DNA from: Chlamydiales bacterium
Lineage (GTDB): Bacteria > Chlamydiota > Chlamydiia > Chlamydiales > JBDQID01
Direction: 5' to 3'
Assembly: GCA_047611865.1 (NCBI GenBank)
Contig: JBLFWS010000004.1
Coordinates: forward strand, 1-49,315
DNA: 49,315 bases
Below are positions 43,902-49,315 of the stretch, piece after piece; within the stretch, counting starts at the first letter, position 1, and the number at the start of each line of letters is the position of its first letter. Made by a program: the position numbers and the translations under genes. The notes beneath the pieces were generated by a model. The model worked only from the letters and a program-made list of their open reading frames with translations. It searched no databases and was not told the origin of the DNA.

Positions 43902-44567
43902 ATGACAATCCTCACCTATTCCGAACAACTAAGTAGGGATTTAAGCCTTTATGAGGAGTTAGGTAAGTTAGAGGAGGGGCAAAAGTTAGAAGTAAGTGGC
44001 AAGGACAAAATACAAGTTTCCTGTGGAGATAATATCTATTGGAGCTCATGGGCGGTTCAATCGTTATTTCGTAATGCTCAGAGTCTTTCAGGTGTAAAGG
44101 CTAGTAGGCAAGATACCGTGAACTTTATTAAAGTCCTCGGAGAGAGAACTGTTCGTAATATTGAAAATTTTCAAAATGATTTATTTATAAAGTCTTTCGA
44201 TCAGGAATTTCTTAATGGATCATGCCAAACAATCCATAATTTACAGGAAAAAGTGACGCAGGCTGTATTGGGGATTGGAAACTTGTGTTTGACGTATTCT
44301 GAAGACGTGGAAATTGTGGGATTACTTGGGTTAGAGAAAAATCTTCTGATACGGAAGATACTCCCTGAAATTACGACTTGTGCCTCTACAGTAACAGTGC
44401 AAAAGCGTATTTTGGAAGAGGAGCTAATAAAGCGGGGTGAGGAAAGTTCTCGTTTAAGAAATGAAATCAGTAAGTTTGATGAAGAGCTTGAAAATTCAGT
44501 TTGTCTTAATGTACCGTTTTCAGGGGCCTTAGGACTTTTGGGTGAAGTGGAGTGTAAAACTAAATGA
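43902..44567 (+). CDS. Hypothetical protein resembling a giant-virus (NCLDV) conserved family
   Basis: AAGGAG RBS; pattern LGKLEEGQKL…QSLFR…SRQDTVNFI…GIGNLCLTYSED. Confidence 0.6.
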   Translation: MTILTYSEQLSRDLSLYEELGKLEEGQKLEVSGKDKIQVSCGDNIYWSSWAVQSLFRNAQSLSGVKASRQDTVNFIKVLGERTVRNIENFQNDLFIKSFDQEFLNGSCQTIHNLQEKVTQAVLGIGNLCLTYSEDVEIVGLLGLEKNLLIRKILPEITTCASTVTVQKRILEEELIKRGEESSRLRNEISKFDEELENSVCLNVPFSGALGLLGEVECKTK

Positions 44568-44586
44568 GCTTAAATCTAGTAAGACT

Positions 44587-44756
44587 ACTAGTACTTCATT
44601 TCAATCCGATTTTCGGGTTGAGCACCGATCTTTTACCGCCTAGCAAACTGTGGAGATCTCACTAACACCAAATGGGTTGGTTTCGATCTCCACATTTCAC
44701 CAGACGGAAAAATATCAGCACCCAACCTGAAAATCTAATTGAAATGAAGTACTAGT
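44587..44756. mobile_element. Full-length foldback element (family E), 170 bp
   Basis: 19-bp perfect TIR actagtacttcatttcaat / attgaaatgaagtactagt; inner pairings gattttcgggttg/caacctgaaaatc and tgtggagatc/gatctccaca. Confidence 0.88.
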
Positions 44757-44776
44757 GACAACACTCTGAAAGATGA

Positions 44777-47700
44777 TTATTCTAAATCTTCTTCTTCTCT
44801 AGAATCTGGTGGAGTTGGTCTAGCTCTAGGTGGACTGATACCTAATTCCCTTCCAAGCATGAGGATTATATCTGTTGGTATATCTTCATCAAGTTCACTT
44901 ACCAGATATTTAATTTGTTCCTGCAAAGCAAGGTAACCTTCTCGCACTCTTTTCATTCCAATAATGCGGTTTTTATCATTTGCTTTAGCACGATTGATAC
45001 TTCTTATAAGATCATCGTAATGGTGACGAGAAATTTCTCCAGGGCCATCACCAACATTTTTTTTGAGATATTCTTTTAGGTCATTGCTAGTCATTGTCAT
45101 TGCTTGTGCCTCAGTAATGTGAGGAATAGTTGCATGGCGTCCCCTTGCCTTAGTAAACGCTGCGTTTATTTCTTTTGCTACAGTCAGTCGGTGATACCTC
45201 TTCCAGGAGTCCAGGAGTCCCATGTCTTCTACAAGAAGGAATTTAGATACATTTGAAACTGTTGAGATGCATTTATGTAACTGAGTTCTATATGCTCCTG
45301 GGTCTGTTGTGCGCAAACGGTCTAAGTCTCGACTTTGTGTTTCTATGAGGTGCGACTGTCTCAAGGCATAATCATCCAACTTAAAAGCGATACCTCCTGT
45401 TACAGGCTCAGCATTTCCCCTACTGATTGATTCCCCAACATTACGGTTGTAGCTTTGTAAGGTATCAATGAATTGTAAAAATTCGGTTTTTTTAGCGGAG
45501 GAAATACGGAAGTCGGTGCAAAAGTCTCTTGCAATTTCAGGACTTTTAATTCCCAAGTTAAAGATTCCTCTGTTAGAATCAGCAGCGCTTATTGCGACTT
45601 GTTTTTCGAGGTTATCAAGGCGGCTATTGTGATTACTAAGAGTGTCTTCATGGGCTCGTAGTACTTCATCCCTTTCTTTAATGGCAAGACCAAGTCCATC
45701 AATATGTCCTGTATGATCTTCGAGAATAAGTTCTTGCCTTTTTAATTGCCCACGCATTTCATCGATGAATTGTGCTTTATCTTCAACAAGCCGGAACCTT
45801 TCCTCCATACCTTCCATTTGTTGATCTCCAGCCAACATTTTGTCTTCGAGTTCAGCTTTGGCATTGATGAGTTTTTTTCCCATACGACTTTCTAGTTTTT
45901 GTGCTAAATCTTCCATATGCTCTTTTAATCTGCTAACATCATCTCTCTGAGTCCCGCTTAAATCTGTAATTCTTCTTTGAAGACTTGTAATTGTGCGCTC
46001 AAGATCTTGCTGGCCATCTCTTAGCGTAAGAATTGCACTGAAAGTCTCGACTCGATCGGCTTTTTGGTTAACTAGATCTTCCAAATCATTTAAGTTAGCT
46101 TGAACGGCATCTAAATTTTCGCGTGTGATTCCTTCATCAGCAAGAATTGATTTTACTTTTTCGGTCAGACCGGTTTGAAGTTTTCCGATATTGCCATCCA
46201 GTCGTCTTAGTTCGTTTTCATGCTCTAGGAGTTTAGCCTCAGACTGGTCCATGCGAGAGCTAAGAGAGGTTATTTTCGCTTCAATGCCTCGGATTTTCTG
46301 AGCTTTTTCTTCCGGAGATTCTTGAGAAGCTTCTACGGCATCCAACTGATCTATAAAGGCATCTTTTTGAGCTTCAGAGTCTAGAACAAATTGATCGTAG
46401 AGTGCTCTAAATTCTAAAAATTCGCTTTTGTCTAATTTCGTGAGCATTTGTTCTTCGAGAGAATTTATGCGAACATCTCGTGTGCTCAGTTCTTCTTCTA
46501 GTTTTCTGAGCATTTCTTCTTGTGATTGTTTCACTTTGTCGTCAATAACACCGAGAAGCTCATCTTTTTGCCTTTGACCCATTAGCTCCATTACTTTGAG
46601 CAAGGCACCCATACTATCTTGACCTGCTCGCTTCGCTTCGTCGTATAGCCTTTGAGTCTCATCTTCCAAGCCGATATCGTCGATACCTTCAAGAGAAAGA
46701 GATTCGATTTTGGACTTAGCTTCTCTCGCAATTTTAAGCTGCTTATCTCTAATATTTTCTAATTCTTCTCTTGTGCTGGCATCAGCATTGTCGAGAGCGG
46801 TTTGAGCTTCTTGCAAGGCTTGTACAGCTTCTGTGTGGAAATTGATGGCTTGGGAGGGTGTGCGGATTTCGTCGAGGGATAGGGATTCGATTTTAGCTTG
46901 GGCGTTTTGGGCCACTTCTAATTGAGCGTCGCGAATTTCAAGTAAGCTAGCCTTCGTTGTTTCATCGGCATTGTCGAGTGCCGTTTGGGCTTGACTCAAA
47001 GCCTGCATTGCTTGGGCATGGAAGTTGACAGCTTCTGTGGGAGTACGGATATCGTCGAGGGATAAAGACTTGATTTTAGCTTGGGCATTTTGGGCCACTT
47101 CTAATTGGGCATCGCGAATTTCAAGTAAGCTAGCCTTCGTTGCTTCATCGGCATTGTCGAGTGCCGTTTGAGCTTGATTTAAAGCCTGTATTGCCTGGGC
47201 ATGGAAGTTGACAGCTTCTGTGGGAGTACGGATGTCATCGAGGGATAGGGACTTGATTTTAGCTTGTGCGTTTTGTGCCACTTCTAATTGGGCATCGCGA
47301 ATTTCGAGTAAGGCAGCCTTCGTTGTTTCATCGGCACTATCGATTGCCGTTTGGGCTTGATTCAAAGCCTGCATAGCCTGAGCATGGAAGGTGACAGCTT
47401 CTGTGGGAGTACGAATGTCGTCGAGAGATAAGGACTTAATTTTAGCTTGTGCGTTTTGCGCCACTTCTAATTGGGCATCGCGAATTTCAATTAAGCTAGC
47501 CTTCGTTGTTTCATCGGCATTGTCGAGTGCCGTTTGGGCTTGATTCAAAGCCTGTATTGCCTGGGCATGGAAGTTGACAGCTTCTGTGGGAGTACGGATG
47601 TCATCGAGGGATAGGGACTTGATTTTAGCTTGTGCGTTTTGTGCCACTTCTAATTGGGTATCGCGAATTTCGAGTAAGGCAGCCTTCGTTGTTTCATCGG

Positions 47701-49315
47701 CACTATCGAGTGCCGTTTGGGCTTGATTCAAAGCCTGCATTGCCTGGGCATGGAAGTTGACGGCTTGAGTAGGAGTGCGGATTTCGTCGAGGGATAGGGA
47801 TTCGATTTTAGCTTGGGCCTTTTGGGCTACTTCTAATTGGGCATTGCGAATTTCTAGCAAGGCAGCTTGAGTGCTTTCATCGGCACTGTTGAGTGCAGTT
47901 TGGGCCTGACTTAAAGCCTGCATGGCCTGAGCATGGAAGTTTACGGCTTGGGTAGGAGTGCGGATTTCGTCGAGGGATAGGGACTCGATTTTAGCTTGGG
48001 CCTTTTGGGCTACTTCTAATTGGGCGTTGCGAATTTCTAGCAAGGCAGCTTGAGTTGTTTCGTCGGCACTGTTGAGTGCTGTTTGGGCCTGACTCAATGC
48101 TTGCATAGCCTGGGCATGGAAGCTGACGGCTTCTGTTGGAGTGCGGATTTCGTCGAGGGATAGGGATTCGATTTTAGCTTGGGCCTTTTGGGCTACTTCT
48201 AATTGGGCATTGCGAATTTGGAGCAAGACAGCTTGTGTTGTTTCGTCGGCACTATCGAGTGCTGTTTGGGCCTGACTCAATGCTTGCATAGCCTGGGCAT
48301 GGAAGCTGACGGCTTCTGTTGGAGTGCGGATTTCGTCGAGGGATAGGGATTCGATTTTAGCTTGGGCCTTTTGGGCCACTTCTAATTGGGCGTTGCGAAT
48401 TTCTAGCAAGGCAGCTTGAGTTGTTTCATCGGCACTATCGAGGGCTGTTTGGGCCTGATTCAAGGCGTGGATAGCCTGGGCATGGAAGTTGACAGCTTGG
48501 GTAGGAGTGCGGATTTCGTCGAGGGATAGGGATTCGATTTTAGCTTGGGCCTTTTGGGCCACTTCTAATTGGGCGTTGCGAATTTGAAGCAAGGCAGCTT
48601 GTGTTGTTTCGTCGGCACTATCGAGTGCTGTTTGGGCCTGACTTAAAGCCTGCATAGCCTGGGCGTGAAAGTTGACGGCTTGGATAGGAGTACGAATGTC
48701 GTCGAGGGATAGGGATTCGATTTTAGCTTGGGCCTCTTGGGCCACTTCTAATTGGGCATCGCGAATTTCGAGTAAGGCAGCCTTCGTTGTTTCATCGGCA
48801 CTATCGATTGCCGTTTGGGCTTGATTTAAAGCCTGCATAGCCTGGGCGTGAAAGTTGACGGCTTGGATAGGAGTACGAATGTCGTCGAGGGATAGAGATC
48901 CGATTTTAGCTTGCGCCTGTTGTGCGACTTCTAATTGGGCATCGCGAATGCGGAGTAAGCTAGCCTTTGTTGTTTCATCGGCACTGTCGAGAGCTGTTTG
49001 GGCTTGGTTCAAAGCCTGCATAGCCTGGCCGTGGAAGTTGACAGCTTCTGTAGGAGTGCGAATGTCATCGAGGGATAGAGATTTGATTTTGGCTTGCGCC
49101 TGCTGAGCCACTTCTAATTGGGCATCGCGAATGCGGAGTAAGCTAGCCTTTGTTGTTTCATCGGCACTGTCGAGAGCCGTTTGGGCTAGGTTCAAAGCCT
49201 GCATAGCCTGGCCGTGGAAGTTGACCGCTTCTGTAGGAGTACGAATGTCGTCGAGGGATAGAGATCCGATTTTAGCTTGCGCCTGCTGAGCCACTTCTAA
49301 TTGGGCATCGCGAAT
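44777..49315 (-). CDS. Very large helical-repeat and coiled-coil protein, 5' end outside the window
   Basis: Frame is open to the window edge; at least 14 units of 61 aa, then a long coiled coil and a unique C-terminal region. Confidence 0.9.
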   Translation of the reverse strand: MRDAQLEVAQQAQAKIGSLSLDDIRTPTEAVNFHGQAMQALNLAQTALDSADETTKASLLRIRDAQLEVAQQAQAKIKSLSLDDIRTPTEAVNFHGQAMQALNQAQTALDSADETTKASLLRIRDAQLEVAQQAQAKIGSLSLDDIRTPIQAVNFHAQAMQALNQAQTAIDSADETTKAALLEIRDAQLEVAQEAQAKIESLSLDDIRTPIQAVNFHAQAMQALSQAQTALDSADETTQAALLQIRNAQLEVAQKAQAKIESLSLDEIRTPTQAVNFHAQAIHALNQAQTALDSADETTQAALLEIRNAQLEVAQKAQAKIESLSLDEIRTPTEAVSFHAQAMQALSQAQTALDSADETTQAVLLQIRNAQLEVAQKAQAKIESLSLDEIRTPTEAVSFHAQAMQALSQAQTALNSADETTQAALLEIRNAQLEVAQKAQAKIESLSLDEIRTPTQAVNFHAQAMQALSQAQTALNSADESTQAALLEIRNAQLEVAQKAQAKIESLSLDEIRTPTQAVNFHAQAMQALNQAQTALDSADETTKAALLEIRDTQLEVAQNAQAKIKSLSLDDIRTPTEAVNFHAQAIQALNQAQTALDNADETTKASLIEIRDAQLEVAQNAQAKIKSLSLDDIRTPTEAVTFHAQAMQALNQAQTAIDSADETTKAALLEIRDAQLEVAQNAQAKIKSLSLDDIRTPTEAVNFHAQAIQALNQAQTALDNADEATKASLLEIRDAQLEVAQNAQAKIKSLSLDDIRTPTEAVNFHAQAMQALSQAQTALDNADETTKASLLEIRDAQLEVAQNAQAKIESLSLDEIRTPSQAINFHTEAVQALQEAQTALDNADASTREELENIRDKQLKIAREAKSKIESLSLEGIDDIGLEDETQRLYDEAKRAGQDSMGALLKVMELMGQRQKDELLGVIDDKVKQSQEEMLRKLEEELSTRDVRINSLEEQMLTKLDKSEFLEFRALYDQFVLDSEAQKDAFIDQLDAVEASQESPEEKAQKIRGIEAKITSLSSRMDQSEAKLLEHENELRRLDGNIGKLQTGLTEKVKSILADEGITRENLDAVQANLNDLEDLVNQKADRVETFSAILTLRDGQQDLERTITSLQRRITDLSGTQRDDVSRLKEHMEDLAQKLESRMGKKLINAKAELEDKMLAGDQQMEGMEERFRLVEDKAQFIDEMRGQLKRQELILEDHTGHIDGLGLAIKERDEVLRAHEDTLSNHNSRLDNLEKQVAISAADSNRGIFNLGIKSPEIARDFCTDFRISSAKKTEFLQFIDTLQSYNRNVGESISRGNAEPVTGGIAFKLDDYALRQSHLIETQSRDLDRLRTTDPGAYRTQLHKCISTVSNVSKFLLVEDMGLLDSWKRYHRLTVAKEINAAFTKARGRHATIPHITEAQAMTMTSNDLKEYLKKNVGDGPGEISRHHYDDLIRSINRAKANDKNRIIGMKRVREGYLALQEQIKYLVSELDEDIPTDIILMLGRELGISPPRARPTPPDSREEEDLE
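46690..49315 (-). repeat. Coding tandem repeat, 183-bp (61-aa) unit, at least 14 copies
   Basis: gccacttctaatt recurs at 46911, 47094, … (period 183); 14 IRTP-containing units counted. Confidence 0.95.

Noticed and set aside
46690..49315. Possible CRISPR array or non-coding satellite
   Set aside because: Contiguous 183-bp in-frame coding units with no unique spacers and no cas genes
1..49315. Autonomous IS, prophage, defence system, tRNA or rRNA genes
   Set aside because: No transposase, integrase, phage or defence ORF, and no cloverleaf or rRNA-like sequence recognised

Overview
This window is chromosomal DNA from a member of the phylum Chlamydiota, probably an environmental, non-Chlamydiaceae lineage. 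The assignment rests on euo, an Npt2-type nucleotide transporter, a CT538/DUF2709-like gene, chlamydial-type OppABC and the euo-tsp-gltX neighbourhood, together with ppdK, sthA and pdxST. About 36 coding regions are present. Most are housekeeping, transport or metabolic genes. The rest include two tandem Inc-like proteins, a GH36/Sip1-like protein apparently lacking its nucleophile, a giant-virus-like hypothetical protein, an 8-stranded outer-membrane barrel, and a >1500-aa protein with at least 14 tandem 61-aa repeats cut by the window edge. The most striking structure is non-coding: many intergenic regions hold short non-autonomous foldback elements (MITE-like) of at least five families. One family sits repeatedly on TAG stop codons, and an IS903-like family with 9-bp target duplications is nested inside two other families. 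Several families with unrelated termini share the same central hairpin core or apex. There is also a ~300-nt rod-like hairpin in the probable gltX 3'UTR and a ~150-nt free-standing structured ncRNA candidate. No transposase, tRNA, rRNA or CRISPR array was seen. All family names come from motif recognition by eye; no database search was run.
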